Virus record (IMG/VR): IMGVR_UViG_3300026484_000053 | Span: 96,001 to 160,000 of that record | Reading direction: 5' to 3' (one strand) | Length of the DNA: 64,000 nucleotides | Origin: a virus | In this document: piece after piece, positions 9,344 to 19,687 of the stretch | Layout: every line of letters starts with the position of its first letter | Numbering within the stretch: the first letter of the stretch is position 1 | Notes under the pieces: generated by a model | Told to the model about the DNA's origin: nothing | What the model saw: only the letters and a program-made list of their open reading frames with translations | The model's database searches: none | Position numbers and translations under genes: made by a program

Positions 9344-10009
9344 CTAAACAGAAATAGACCATTTAATAACTAATTTTGATGACTGGTCTTTAACTCTTGA
9401 ACTCATCGTTTTCATACTAAATATTCTAGGTCCAGCGTATAATGCAGCTTCTGTATAAGCAATAGTACTTGCACCGTCGTTACCATTAGACGCAACTTCA
9501 GGTACTTCTACTGTATATGTTACTTTTCTACCAAGCATAGATATTTGAACAGGTATTTTAGCATTTTCAGCATCGTTTTCTGTACCATCTTGATTTTCTT
9601 TATTTCCAATAGCACTCAAATTAAGCGTACCGTTATTCCACTGAACAGGATCTCCATTAACGTCTACTGGATTATGAACATCCCAAGATATAGTATAAAA
9701 GAAACTTCCATCAGCTTCACTATAAAGGCTTGTTTTACTTGGTATAAAGCCATTACTACCTGGTTGAGTAGGACTAAGAATATCTCCACTTACTGTATTA
9801 TGACCTCTAGTACCTATTTTTAGTTTACTAATTACCACACCTGTGGTAAAACCAGCAATGATTTCTGCCATGTCTTCTCTGGCACTATCCATAATCATAT
9901 TATCTTCTTCGTAAGAGTCTATTAGAACTCCGTCTTTATATACGTCAGCTTTAAAGTGCCCTTTAAGCGCTCTTCCTGCGTGATCTTCGAATTGTTTTGA
10001 ACTTTTCAC
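9344..10009 (-). CDS. baseplate / tail-fibre attachment protein
   Basis: GTG start with AGGAG; EDNMIMD...YTEAALY...RIFSMKT..RVKD...IKWSI pattern of contractile-tail baseplate fibre-attachment proteins. Confidence 0.55.
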   Translation of the reverse strand: MKSSKQFEDHAGRALKGHFKADVYKDGVLIDSYEEDNMIMDSAREDMAEIIAGFTTGVVISKLKIGTRGHNTVSGDILSPTQPGSNGFIPSKTSLYSEADGSFFYTISWDVHNPVDVNGDPVQWNNGTLNLSAIGNKENQDGTENDAENAKIPVQISMLGRKVTYTVEVPEVASNGNDGASTIAYTEAALYAGPRIFSMKTMSSRVKDQSSKLVIKWSISV

Positions 10010-10030
10010 TTAGATCTCCTATTTTAGATT

Positions 10031-10038
10031 TATTTATA
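10031..10038 (-). promoter_or_regulatory. T4-type late promoter
   Basis: Exact TATAAATA on the minus strand upstream of 10009. Confidence 0.75.
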
Positions 10039-10057
10039 ACGAATCGTTACACAGCAG

Positions 10058-10107
10058 TGCTTTATACTGCTTTATACTGCTTTATACTGCTTTATACTGC
10101 TCTATAC
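10058..10107. repeat. 10-bp intergenic tandem repeat
   Basis: TTTATACTGC x4 plus partial flanking copies. Confidence 0.9.
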
Positions 10108-10111
10108 AACA

Positions 10112-12019
10112 TTATGCTAGTTTACTAACACCATTATCATTTAGTTTTACACCGTCTTCATAAACGTCAATATACATTAAATCTTCACCAGCGCTTGAAT
10201 TCATTGCATCTCCATAATTAGTAATTTGATACTTTATACCTGTAAGTTCTACCCATATCTTATCTGTACCACTAAGAATGCCACATAAATTGCTCATGTA
10301 ATCTTCTTTATTAATATTCGTACTAAATCCAATAGGCGGCACGTCTATAACCTCTCCAGTTTCGTATACAGTAAAAGTAGTGTCTCCAATACTATAAAGA
10401 GCTCTAACTACTTCTGCTCCGAATGGATCAAAATTATAACTATCCACAAAAGAATACTCTTCCATAGCTATTCCATCACTGTATAATATATTATCTTGGT
10501 TATTCGCTATTTCTTGAGCAGTAAATGTCTCGTTATATCGTTGCGTTCTAGCATCGAAATCTTTTCCTATATGGAACGATGCGTCTGTATCTCCAATAAC
10601 TTGATATTTGTTATACGCGTCTCTGTCTGGATCGAACGATGGCTCTCCGATAAACCATCCATTACTTACTGTAGTTAATTCTCTCTGAAAATAATCTATG
10701 CTTTCATCTTCAATATCAGTAGTTTCTTCGTCGCTTATAACTATTGTTTCTAATACTTGCACGTTGTATTGTAAAGTATCTGTACTTGGAAGTGTTTTTA
10801 TAAGTCTACCATTATATGCTCTAGATCTTTCTAGTATCTCTTCAGACGTTATTGTTCTTCTTTCATAATATTTCTTGTCGTTGTTATCAAGAGGTATATC
10901 TCCACCAAGATCTATTTCTATCGAGCTATAATACCATTCTTCAGACGAATCTCCAAATATTTGAAACATCACAAGTAAGTTTCTATCATCATTAAGACTA
11001 TACTGTCTGTATTTTATATAATCAGTACTTCCGTTAGTGTTTAAACTTGTTTCATCAATAACACCATCATTAACGTCACTTAATTTAACATTAGATACTT
11101 CTATATTAGTAAAGTCATAAAATCTAACCTTATTTTCATAATCTTTAACTATTTGAACTAATGTAGGCTCTTCCTGATATTGAACTAATATGCTGACATT
11201 CTTAGATCCTTTTACATCATATTCTTCGTATTTTATAGCTTCTCCACCGTCTAGTAAGTCTATTACAGTTTTAGCTCCATTCTCTACGTTATATGATGTA
11301 TGAGTAAGAACATCTACCTTCTTTGTAATTTCAACACTATAGAAATCTTCGAATATAGCCGTAACAAGTTTGTAAAATAAGTAATCAAATCCTAGTGGGT
11401 GAGCTAATGGTTTAACTGCCTCGTCAAATACTTCCTTATAGATACTACTTTCTACTCTATAAGAAAACGGTTCGTTAGGATCTAGTTCAGTACCTTCAAG
11501 TACGTTAAGGAAATCACCCTCAGAAACATCCTGAAGTTGTGCCTTGTTTACAAGGTCGAATATATAATAGAACGCTGCTGCAGTACCTTTCTTTTGTTTG
11601 TAATCTTTATTAGAGTTAATATAAGAACTATCAAGCACTTCCTGTAACTTGTTATCCATAACAATATCGTTAACAGGTAAATCAAGTATCTCGTATATCT
11701 TTTTAAACTTATTAAATACAACTTCAGATGATTGAACATTATCAAATGTTCTAACTATCTCTTGTAAGTACATATCAAGTACTTCTTTTTTAGCGTCTCT
11801 ATATCTTACATCATTAGTTTCTTCATATTTGTAATTTAAGAAGTCTAAATCTCTAACTTCGTTAGGATAAGCACTAAGATATGAAGAGTCTTTCATATAA
11901 TCCATATAAATTTCAAGTAAAGAGTTTACCTTCTCGTTTTCTCTTATACTGTCAGGAACTAACTTCATGAACAGATCTGATATTTCTTGCGGTGATAATT
12001 TTATTTCTGAATTTGTCAT
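10112..12019 (-). CDS. baseplate wedge protein, T4 gp7-like
   Basis: YKQKKGT and VKPLAHPLGF motifs; lies directly after gp6. Confidence 0.65.
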   Translation of the reverse strand: MTNSEIKLSPQEISDLFMKLVPDSIRENEKVNSLLEIYMDYMKDSSYLSAYPNEVRDLDFLNYKYEETNDVRYRDAKKEVLDMYLQEIVRTFDNVQSSEVVFNKFKKIYEILDLPVNDIVMDNKLQEVLDSSYINSNKDYKQKKGTAAAFYYIFDLVNKAQLQDVSEGDFLNVLEGTELDPNEPFSYRVESSIYKEVFDEAVKPLAHPLGFDYLFYKLVTAIFEDFYSVEITKKVDVLTHTSYNVENGAKTVIDLLDGGEAIKYEEYDVKGSKNVSILVQYQEEPTLVQIVKDYENKVRFYDFTNIEVSNVKLSDVNDGVIDETSLNTNGSTDYIKYRQYSLNDDRNLLVMFQIFGDSSEEWYYSSIEIDLGGDIPLDNNDKKYYERRTITSEEILERSRAYNGRLIKTLPSTDTLQYNVQVLETIVISDEETTDIEDESIDYFQRELTTVSNGWFIGEPSFDPDRDAYNKYQVIGDTDASFHIGKDFDARTQRYNETFTAQEIANNQDNILYSDGIAMEEYSFVDSYNFDPFGAEVVRALYSIGDTTFTVYETGEVIDVPPIGFSTNINKEDYMSNLCGILSGTDKIWVELTGIKYQITNYGDAMNSSAGEDLMYIDVYEDGVKLNDNGVSKLA

Positions 12020-12028
12020 CTTATTTCC

Positions 12029-15000
12029 TTATATTTGATCTGTAAATACAACTGACTTTAGTCTCGCAAACGAAGTTCGTTTTAAGTTAATGTTATCATT
12101 TTTAGCGTTTATATTAAGTATTCTAGTAGTTTCTAACATGTTAGTAGGTATAGGCTGTATACCAGTATCGTTAGCGTAACTTTTAAACACTGGCTTGTCT
12201 ATACCAGTACCGTCTTGTATATATTCTTTAACTTCTTTAAAGTTGTCTTGCGTAGAAGTATATATTTTAAAAGAAACAATTGCCTCATTAACGTATATAA
12301 TATAATCACCTATTTTTACAGTGTCTTCATACGCAGGTAATTGAACTAACTCTCCGTCTTGCATACCTTGCGCATCGTCTCTAATAAAAGTATACATTAC
12401 GGGTATTTTAATAATAACTGAGTTAGAATCGACTACACTAGTTTGATTACCAACGTAATTAAATCCTATCTTATTATCAAAGTCTAAAAATATCTTATCT
12501 CCATTTGTAAAACAGTCATTAGCACTTAGATTGTAAACTAATTCTTGTCTAAAATCACCTACTTGCTCAATTTCACCTTTTTCATTGTAAATTAGAGGAG
12601 TGAATAAACTTTCAGTTGGAAGACCAAAGAATATCTCGTAATCAAGTACTCCATTTGGTAATCCGTTAGTGTGTATAACATTAAAATTATCTTTGTTAAA
12701 CGACGCATTAACTGTAACTGACATATCAAATCCAACTGTATCTCTAACTTCTTTATCAATGTATTTTATCATAGTAGAGTTAAAGAAAGTACTATCGAAT
12801 ACCTCTATAGAACCGTTAAAATATTCTTTAATTACGTTAAACACCTTAATGTTAGACTCTGTTATCGTTTCACCTCTATTTCTATTAAGTAAGTTCAGCT
12901 TAATAGAATAATCAATATAAACTGGATTTTTATGTTTAAGCTGTATAGTAATAACTTTATATCCGTTAAGAATATTAAACAGACTATTCTTCTCGTCGCC
13001 ACTTATTTGCGATTCTGGTAAGTAAAAATATTCTCTTTCATTAGAGTTGTTTAAAGTAAATTCATTAGCATTTTTAACACTAAATCCAGTTTTTCTTGAG
13101 TTAGGAGTTATACTAAAGAAAACATGACCAAGTTCTTTTTGCGGTACTTGCTCTTCTCCACCCCATATTTGCGCCTTTTCAACGAATGATTGTTTATTAC
13201 AAATAGTAACATAATCATTCTTAGTAACTGCTCTATTAGCTGTATTGTTAAATAACGGCGCAAATTCTCTAATTTCTTCATCACCTTCTTCGTCAGCTCC
13301 AATAACATTAGTTACTACATTAATACCATCACTGAACTGTACAGCTTCAAAACTATCAAATTCTGGAGTTATAAGTGACTCGGTATTACCTAAAGCACCA
13401 GAAGATCGTAATATATTAAATCTAAAATACATGTTTGACTCATATTTAGTTCCACTTCCTGCGTATCTAGAATATACTTTTAAGTATTCTGGAAAGTCTA
13501 AATCTTGAAGAACTACATACGTGGCGTCTTCACCTTGGGATTTTTCAGCTATAAGGAAATCTCTTTTAGTCCATAACTTATTTTCTTCAATATCTCCGTT
13601 TGGTAATGTTCTAGTAACAAACATCTCAACTCCGTTATCTTCAACGTCTTTAGAGTCTATAAGTATAAACTGATCTTTTAGTATTTTAGGTGAAGATGCT
13701 TTATTGTACTTAGGAAATTCAACGTCGCCGTCTTGAAAATCTGTGTACTTACTTACTGTACCTTCTTGAACTATTAATTCAATAGTTTTCTTTTCTTGTA
13801 CGTCCTTTATTAATGAGAATACAGTGTTTTTATCGAAAGCGCTATAAGTAACTTCTCCGTCTACTATAGTTGTAGTACACTTAGATATTCTATTAGTTTT
13901 AGTACTAGAGAAGATAACGTCCATTTCAACACCGTCTACATCATTGATAGTACTAGAATCAGTTATATCGAATAATAGTACACCTGTTTCAGCGTCGAAG
14001 TTAATACATGTAAATCCATCAAACGTATCGCTGTGCTTGATATCGTCACTAAAGAATTTATGTATAAGCGTACCGTCTGCATTTTTATCGCTTTTATAAG
14101 TAACTCTTACTTGAGTATCGTTATCAAGAGCTAAACTAGTGCAGTCTATACCTCTTTCATCTCCTGCCAATTCACCGTCTACAGGAGCTACTATAGAGTT
14201 AATATCTGCTTGAACATAATTAGTACCGTCATAAACTTCGAATAACTGCACGTTTTTAATCCTACCTTGAACAACTACTTTATTGTCCTGAACTAGAAGT
14301 TCTTCTGTAGAAGTATCGCATACAGGAAATTCAAGACCTTCAGTCGGTTCGATCTGAATTTTAAACTCGGTACCATCATTATCTATTTTAGTAGCATTAA
14401 CTATACCATTTAATACATAATTGCCACTTATATCGAAATCAGAGCTTTTTGTGTATAAAGAAGTTTGTACAGTTCCACCTTTAACTACTTCACCGTCTAT
14501 AGTTTTAACAAGGAATTTTTGGTTATCTATTTCATCTATCTTTCTTAGAACTTGCAATAACGCACCGTCTTCTGTTCTTAAATAATCTTCTACATTACAA
14601 GATTGGAATTCATTAGTACCATTAAGAGAGTTGTTATATTCGTTATTCAGCATCTCAACATTTATAAACGAACCATAATCTCCCTGCAAGTCTTCGCCAA
14701 GATAAACATAATCCTTACCTTCACTTTTAAACTTACTATATTTTGATATTATTACATTACCTTCATCTTTAGACTTAAGTCTAATTTTATACTGGTAAGA
14801 TACTTTTCTTTTAGGATTATAAGACAATTCGAACGCATGTTTTCTAATGTTAGTACTATCTTTAGCTTGCGTTATAAACGATTCGTTTAGACCATGAGTA
14901 ACATTTATATTATTCATGGCTGCGTTATAAGCTAGCATGTTTATCATTTGCGATATATTAGATCCTTCGTATTGCGCATCGTCAAGACCATATACTTCTT

Positions 15001-15061
15001 GAGCTTGTAATCTAAGCTCAGCCTTTATTTCCTCTACTTTATAAGGTATAATGTTTATCAT
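12029..15061 (-). CDS. gp6: baseplate wedge subunit gp6 with a large internal insertion
   Basis: YEGSNISQMINMLAYN...ESFITQA...LSYNPKR and NRAVTKNDY motifs. Confidence 0.85.
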   Translation of the reverse strand: MINIIPYKVEEIKAELRLQAQEVYGLDDAQYEGSNISQMINMLAYNAAMNNINVTHGLNESFITQAKDSTNIRKHAFELSYNPKRKVSYQYKIRLKSKDEGNVIISKYSKFKSEGKDYVYLGEDLQGDYGSFINVEMLNNEYNNSLNGTNEFQSCNVEDYLRTEDGALLQVLRKIDEIDNQKFLVKTIDGEVVKGGTVQTSLYTKSSDFDISGNYVLNGIVNATKIDNDGTEFKIQIEPTEGLEFPVCDTSTEELLVQDNKVVVQGRIKNVQLFEVYDGTNYVQADINSIVAPVDGELAGDERGIDCTSLALDNDTQVRVTYKSDKNADGTLIHKFFSDDIKHSDTFDGFTCINFDAETGVLLFDITDSSTINDVDGVEMDVIFSSTKTNRISKCTTTIVDGEVTYSAFDKNTVFSLIKDVQEKKTIELIVQEGTVSKYTDFQDGDVEFPKYNKASSPKILKDQFILIDSKDVEDNGVEMFVTRTLPNGDIEENKLWTKRDFLIAEKSQGEDATYVVLQDLDFPEYLKVYSRYAGSGTKYESNMYFRFNILRSSGALGNTESLITPEFDSFEAVQFSDGINVVTNVIGADEEGDEEIREFAPLFNNTANRAVTKNDYVTICNKQSFVEKAQIWGGEEQVPQKELGHVFFSITPNSRKTGFSVKNANEFTLNNSNEREYFYLPESQISGDEKNSLFNILNGYKVITIQLKHKNPVYIDYSIKLNLLNRNRGETITESNIKVFNVIKEYFNGSIEVFDSTFFNSTMIKYIDKEVRDTVGFDMSVTVNASFNKDNFNVIHTNGLPNGVLDYEIFFGLPTESLFTPLIYNEKGEIEQVGDFRQELVYNLSANDCFTNGDKIFLDFDNKIGFNYVGNQTSVVDSNSVIIKIPVMYTFIRDDAQGMQDGELVQLPAYEDTVKIGDYIIYVNEAIVSFKIYTSTQDNFKEVKEYIQDGTGIDKPVFKSYANDTGIQPIPTNMLETTRILNINAKNDNINLKRTSFARLKSVVFTDQI

Positions 15062-15085
15062 TTATTTCTCCGTTTGGATTTTCTG

Positions 15086-15445
15086 TTATTGGAATACTAT
15101 GTTTGTTGTATGTACGTCGTCGAATTCTTTAATGTTGTAATCTATCTTAATGCTTACTCTATTATAATCTGAATCTTCAGTAGCAACTATTTGTTCTATT
15201 TGGATTCTTTTCTCGTACTTTTTAAGTTGTTCTCTAATTTCTTCTTCTATAAGTGTTAATATAAGTGGATTTATAGTTTCAAACAAAAATCTACGTAAGT
15301 TACAACCAAAATCAGGTTCACCAGGTACTGTACCTCTTTCTGTCATAACTATGTTTCGTATAGCATTATCTACGGCACTATAGTTAGTATTATTAGGTAC
15401 TAAAGCACCTTTAGACTCTATTCTAGAACTTACATCAATATACAT
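15086..15445 (-). CDS. gp25: baseplate wedge subunit gp25
   Basis: AIRNIVMTERGTVPGEPDFGCNL..LFE...YEKRI. Confidence 0.9.
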   Translation of the reverse strand: MYIDVSSRIESKGALVPNNTNYSAVDNAIRNIVMTERGTVPGEPDFGCNLRRFLFETINPLILTLIEEEIREQLKKYEKRIQIEQIVATEDSDYNRVSIKIDYNIKEFDDVHTTNIVFQ

Positions 15446-15465
15446 AGATACTCCTCATTTGTTAA

Positions 15466-15473
15466 TATTTATA
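15466..15473 (-). promoter_or_regulatory. T4-type late promoter
   Basis: Exact TATAAATA upstream of gp25. Confidence 0.75.
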
Positions 15474-15486
15474 ATAAAGTATACGT

Positions 15487-16386
15487 CTAGAACAGGTCTG
15501 ATACGAAAGGAGTTTTCTTACTATAAGAAGATGTACTAAATTGATCGATGCTAAAACCAGATTTAGTACACATTTTAGCATTTAATTCTGTTTGCGCTTC
15601 TTCTTTAACTTTAGTGTATTGTCTATGCTTATTTTGTTGTTTAAATAGTTTTACTTTTTCTTGTGGTGTGTACTTTCTATCTTTTTTACCTTCTATTAGC
15701 TGTAAATCAAGTTTACCATTTGAAGGATTAATAGGTAGTACATAACCATTAATGCTATTACCGTCTTTATATATTACAGGATCTATATCTTCCACACTAT
15801 TCTTACCTTCTGTACAGTTCTCATTAATACATTCTCGCATTTTCTTTATAGATTGTATAAGAGCAAATAAGTTAGTCATCTCTAAGAAATTATTAAAAAT
15901 ATCTATTGCTACGTATAATGCTCTTTCAAATGCATTACCTACCATTGACATAACATCCAGTAGTTCGTTGTTAACGTCACGTTGTAGTCCACTAAGATAA
16001 GCTAACGATGGATTAGCATAATCCCATACTGCATTTTTAGTTAACCAGCTTGGTGATGGAGCACTTGGACTTAAAAAAGATAAATCCATATTCAGTACAT
16101 CTTCTAGACATTCTCTCTGTTTAGTGTCTTTTTCTGTACTTTTACTACCTTCGCCGCCTACATCTACGTTAGAGTCTATAATTTTATCAGTCATATCATC
16201 TAGTTTGTCAACAGCGTCTTGCACGTTACCGTATAATCTATTAGCAGTCATAATAGTTGATTTTACTTGACTAACAGCGTTGTTATATCTTTCAATAGCA
16301 CCCTTACACTTAACTCCTTTATCAAAGTTATCGTAATGCAGCGTGCTTGGCGTGTTTTTTGTAAAGTTATTTATGTTATAAACCAT
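15487..16386 (-). CDS. hypothetical protein in the baseplate operon
   Basis: 299-aa ORF with GGAG RBS between gp5 and gp25; no motif recognised. Confidence 0.6.
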   Translation of the reverse strand: MVYNINNFTKNTPSTLHYDNFDKGVKCKGAIERYNNAVSQVKSTIMTANRLYGNVQDAVDKLDDMTDKIIDSNVDVGGEGSKSTEKDTKQRECLEDVLNMDLSFLSPSAPSPSWLTKNAVWDYANPSLAYLSGLQRDVNNELLDVMSMVGNAFERALYVAIDIFNNFLEMTNLFALIQSIKKMRECINENCTEGKNSVEDIDPVIYKDGNSINGYVLPINPSNGKLDLQLIEGKKDRKYTPQEKVKLFKQQNKHRQYTKVKEEAQTELNAKMCTKSGFSIDQFSTSSYSKKTPFVSDLF

Positions 16387-16400
16387 TTAATTCTCCATGT

Positions 16401-17387
16401 CTAATTTAGATTAATAACAGAACCTTTAACTGTTATTGCACCAGACGCTTTAACATCCATAGATGCAGCACTTTCTATAGTCATTGCTGCTCCACTCTTT
16501 TGCGTAATCTTAGCTGCACTTTCAACGTTTAAGTTTCCAGTAATAGTACTTGTTGATTTACCATCTATTATAGTAGTTCTGTCGCCGCCTACAGCTATAT
16601 CTTCATTTTTAACTACTTTAGTTTCTGCGTTTTCATGTACAGTAAGGTATCTGTTCTTTTGAACTACTTCCATGCTATCGCCATCTGTAATTTCATATCT
16701 GTCTTTTATACTTTTCATAACAAACGTACCGTCTGGTAATAGTTCAACAAAACTTCCACTATTGTGGTGAATGTGTATTCTTTCATTACCTTCAGTATCG
16801 TCTACTTCTATAATATGTCCAGATTTAGTTTCTATTACAGTACAGTCTGGGTATGACGTGCTCTCGTTTAATGTTTCTGGTTGATCCCATACAACTCCTG
16901 TAGAAGTACTAATACCTTTAGTTTCTTGAGCTTTTTTCTTACCTAATAATGTGTCGCTAAATTTTTCATTTCTAGCTAATCTATTAATGTCACTTTCTTC
17001 TAATCTATCATCTAATGGATACACGCCATCTGGATCTGTAAATGCACCATTGTCTTTAACTACACTTTTACCAGCTATAGATCCTATAATTACAGGCTTG
17101 TTCCAATCATCATTTTCTAAAAACAGCCATACATACGTACCGTTTACTGGTATAGAACTTATACCTACTCCTGAACTAAATCCAAACATAGTAGATTGCA
17201 TTAATTCTGCCCACGGAAGCATTTCTTTTGTTACTGACTCATCGTCTGGATGAATACCAAAGATACGTACCTTTACTCTTCCAAGCATTTCTGTATCGTT
17301 ATTGTCTTCTATAACTCCCCTATAAAACATAGATGAATTCTGAAGATCCTTTAAGTTGTTCAGTTTGTCGGTTTGACTGTTTTGCAT
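16401..17387 (-). CDS. gp5: baseplate central spike gp5 (OB-fold + beta-helix, no lysozyme domain)
   Basis: GVIEDNND..LGRVKVRIFG.H...LPWA OB-fold; ETKSGHIIEVDDT; C-terminal 8-residue beta-helix repeats. Confidence 0.9.
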   Translation of the reverse strand: MQNSQTDKLNNLKDLQNSSMFYRGVIEDNNDTEMLGRVKVRIFGIHPDDESVTKEMLPWAELMQSTMFGFSSGVGISSIPVNGTYVWLFLENDDWNKPVIIGSIAGKSVVKDNGAFTDPDGVYPLDDRLEESDINRLARNEKFSDTLLGKKKAQETKGISTSTGVVWDQPETLNESTSYPDCTVIETKSGHIIEVDDTEGNERIHIHHNSGSFVELLPDGTFVMKSIKDRYEITDGDSMEVVQKNRYLTVHENAETKVVKNEDIAVGGDRTTIIDGKSTSTITGNLNVESAAKITQKSGAAMTIESAASMDVKASGAITVKGSVINLN

Positions 17388-17388
17388 A

Positions 17389-18483
17389 TTAAGCCTTTCC
17401 TAATTTTATTCTAGATACTATTATCTTTTGCATGAAGTCGTCACCAAGATGCTTGTCTGTTATTTTAGTTATTATCCAGTCACCATTAATGTTTTTCTCG
17501 TCATCATCTTTACTTGTACTATTTATCTGTATTTCAACAGTGTCGCCTATATTAGTGTCTAATGTACCAGGTACTACCATTTGTAACTCATAGTTATTAT
17601 AAAGCACTTTATAAAACTGATTTTTAATAGTACTGTCTTTAACATAAAATGTTTTAACGAAATGTTTCTTATCAGATTTAGTCTCATTAAAAACATCTCC
17701 AAGACTCATCCCTTCCGTGTAGTCTTCAGATTTAAAGTCATCATATATTTTTCGTTTGTCTAGAACGTCATAACTTACATGAGAGCTATCAGGTAATAAA
17801 GCGTTAACTTTCATACCGTCTGATTGCTTAACTATAAACTCGTGTATCTTATAAACGTAATCTGGATTATCCGGTGAGTGCTTATATACTACATTACTTG
17901 GTTCTTGTATTAAAGATGTAAATTCTTTTAATTTATAAGCATCCCTAGTCTGGAAAAACAGCATATTACTTGTATTCTTCATATAGGTTATAACGTGACT
18001 AAATGGTCTATCCAGCGGTATTATAAAATTATCATATTTTTGTTCTGGAGTATCGAAATCTTGTTCGAATTCTTCAAAATTTTCGCATGATTCTAACACT
18101 TCTTTCATAGTACATTGTTCGAATCCTTTTATCTTGTAAGTATTCATGTTCTTTACTGTAAAAGTATCTAAGAATTCTAATATAACTAGTTTTTCACCGT
18201 TATTAGCATCACTAAAGTTTACGTTTGTAACACTAAATGTCTGTTTAAACTCTTTATCGTTGCAATCTTTAAATGCTAACTCAAGTTTACTATCAGTTAT
18301 AATAGACTTCTTTTCACTCATTCCAGTAACGTCTCTAAAAGACATATTACCTGACGTATAAGTTTTGTTAATGTCGAAATATATCTCCATGTCTATTATT
18401 TGTTCATTCAATATTTTAAGACCCTCTAGATATACTTCCTTATTTTTAAGTTGTATATCTTTGTTTCCTTGAGCAAACGCCAT
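17389..18483 (-). CDS. baseplate hub protein, gp27-like
   Basis: Position upstream of gp5; C-terminal VPGTLD..IGD.V...INGDWIITKI..H hub signature. Confidence 0.65.
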   Translation of the reverse strand: MAFAQGNKDIQLKNKEVYLEGLKILNEQIIDMEIYFDINKTYTSGNMSFRDVTGMSEKKSIITDSKLELAFKDCNDKEFKQTFSVTNVNFSDANNGEKLVILEFLDTFTVKNMNTYKIKGFEQCTMKEVLESCENFEEFEQDFDTPEQKYDNFIIPLDRPFSHVITYMKNTSNMLFFQTRDAYKLKEFTSLIQEPSNVVYKHSPDNPDYVYKIHEFIVKQSDGMKVNALLPDSSHVSYDVLDKRKIYDDFKSEDYTEGMSLGDVFNETKSDKKHFVKTFYVKDSTIKNQFYKVLYNNYELQMVVPGTLDTNIGDTVEIQINSTSKDDDEKNINGDWIITKITDKHLGDDFMQKIIVSRIKLGKA

Positions 18484-19004
18484 TACATATCCTTCGCTGC
18501 GTATTTAGTCTCGTCTATCGCCTTCCTAATGTATTCTGGCTTAACTAAGTTAATTATACGGAATTTTTCATTATTACTTTGTATAACGTCTTCAATTTCA
18601 GTTCTCTTAGCGCTTTTCTCTTCAAGCGGTGTATACACGTCAGTGTAATTATCTTTCCATTTTTCGTATCTAGCATCAGTCTTTAGTAGAACTTCATCAA
18701 ATGCCTTTGGTAATTCATTTATAGATCTTATACTGTTAAATAACATAATAAAATCCCACATAGCAGTGTTATCATAATAATCTTGTGCTATTGACTCTAT
18801 TAATTGCCCATCATCGACTCTATACTTTTCAATGTATTTTTCTTTATAATACTCTTGAGGCACTTTAAGATACTTTAATTTAGTAATATCCTGTACTTTA
18901 TATCCACCAAAATCAACAAGCCCAAAATCTAAAATTGAGTTTTGCATGTATAACTTCTTATGATTTTCCGTATTTGTTTCTATTATGTCTGCTATTATTC
19001 GCAT
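18483..19004 (-). CDS. gp53: baseplate wedge subunit gp53 (LysM-like)
   Basis: YRVDDGQLIESIAQDYYD...WDFIMLFNSI; ATG at 19004 overlaps the upstream TAA. Confidence 0.75.
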   Translation of the reverse strand: MRIIADIIETNTENHKKLYMQNSILDFGLVDFGGYKVQDITKLKYLKVPQEYYKEKYIEKYRVDDGQLIESIAQDYYDNTAMWDFIMLFNSIRSINELPKAFDEVLLKTDARYEKWKDNYTDVYTPLEEKSAKRTEIEDVIQSNNEKFRIINLVKPEYIRKAIDETKYAAKDM

Positions 19005-19678
19005 TATTTCCAATCCTTTCTAGTCTTAACGCCGTATTCAGCGAACGACATGTTAATTTGCATCATTTTAGACGAACCGTCGTGGAAAGTACTAGGATAA
19101 CCTTGAGCAAAGTGCTCTACAGCAAAACTAGTTAACGCCATAGCATCGAACTTCATGTTCTTTTGAAGAACGTCGTTGCTGAACTTTATCTGAAAGAAAT
19201 ACGGACTTTTTAGCATAGCTCCACCAGCTACTCTTTCAGGTGCAGACCATAACTTAAAGTTCTTAATTATGTCTTGTACCATATCAGATTCTGCCTTACT
19301 TTGAGGTATAAACGTAAAACTACAGCTCCACTCTCTAAGACCAGTACCGTTATATACTTGCGTTAATTTAGGATCTGTTATAGTACCAAAGCTTGTAGCA
19401 CCTTTCTGAATAGCTTTACCTATTTTAGTACTTGAAGCAGCTTCCATAACGTCAGATAATATAGAACCGTCTTGGTTAAAATTGTGATTTATAGTCTCTC
19501 CTAAAGAGTTAGGCATTGGTAGAGTAATACCTCCAATAACAGTACTATTTGATTCAGACGCATCAGATAAACTAAGTAAGTCTTTAGTACCTGGTTTTAG
19601 TTCTTTAGCTATAAACGACACGTATGGAATATCGTCTCCAAATAGTTCTAGTGGGTAGTGAAATGATTGTCTTGACAT
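19004..19678 (-). CDS. gp48: baseplate tail-tube cap, gp48-like
   Basis: ITLPMP, GLREWSCSFTFIPQSKAES..VQDII..FK and PYFFQIKF motifs. Confidence 0.7.
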   Translation of the reverse strand: MSRQSFHYPLELFGDDIPYVSFIAKELKPGTKDLLSLSDASESNSTVIGGITLPMPNSLGETINHNFNQDGSILSDVMEAASSTKIGKAIQKGATSFGTITDPKLTQVYNGTGLREWSCSFTFIPQSKAESDMVQDIIKNFKLWSAPERVAGGAMLKSPYFFQIKFSNDVLQKNMKFDAMALTSFAVEHFAQGYPSTFHDGSSKMMQINMSFAEYGVKTRKDWK

Positions 19679-19687
19679 TTAATCTCC

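Noticed and set aside
16401-17387. gp5 lacking a lysozyme domain
   Set aside because: Real, but common among T4-like phages outside the enterobacterial group
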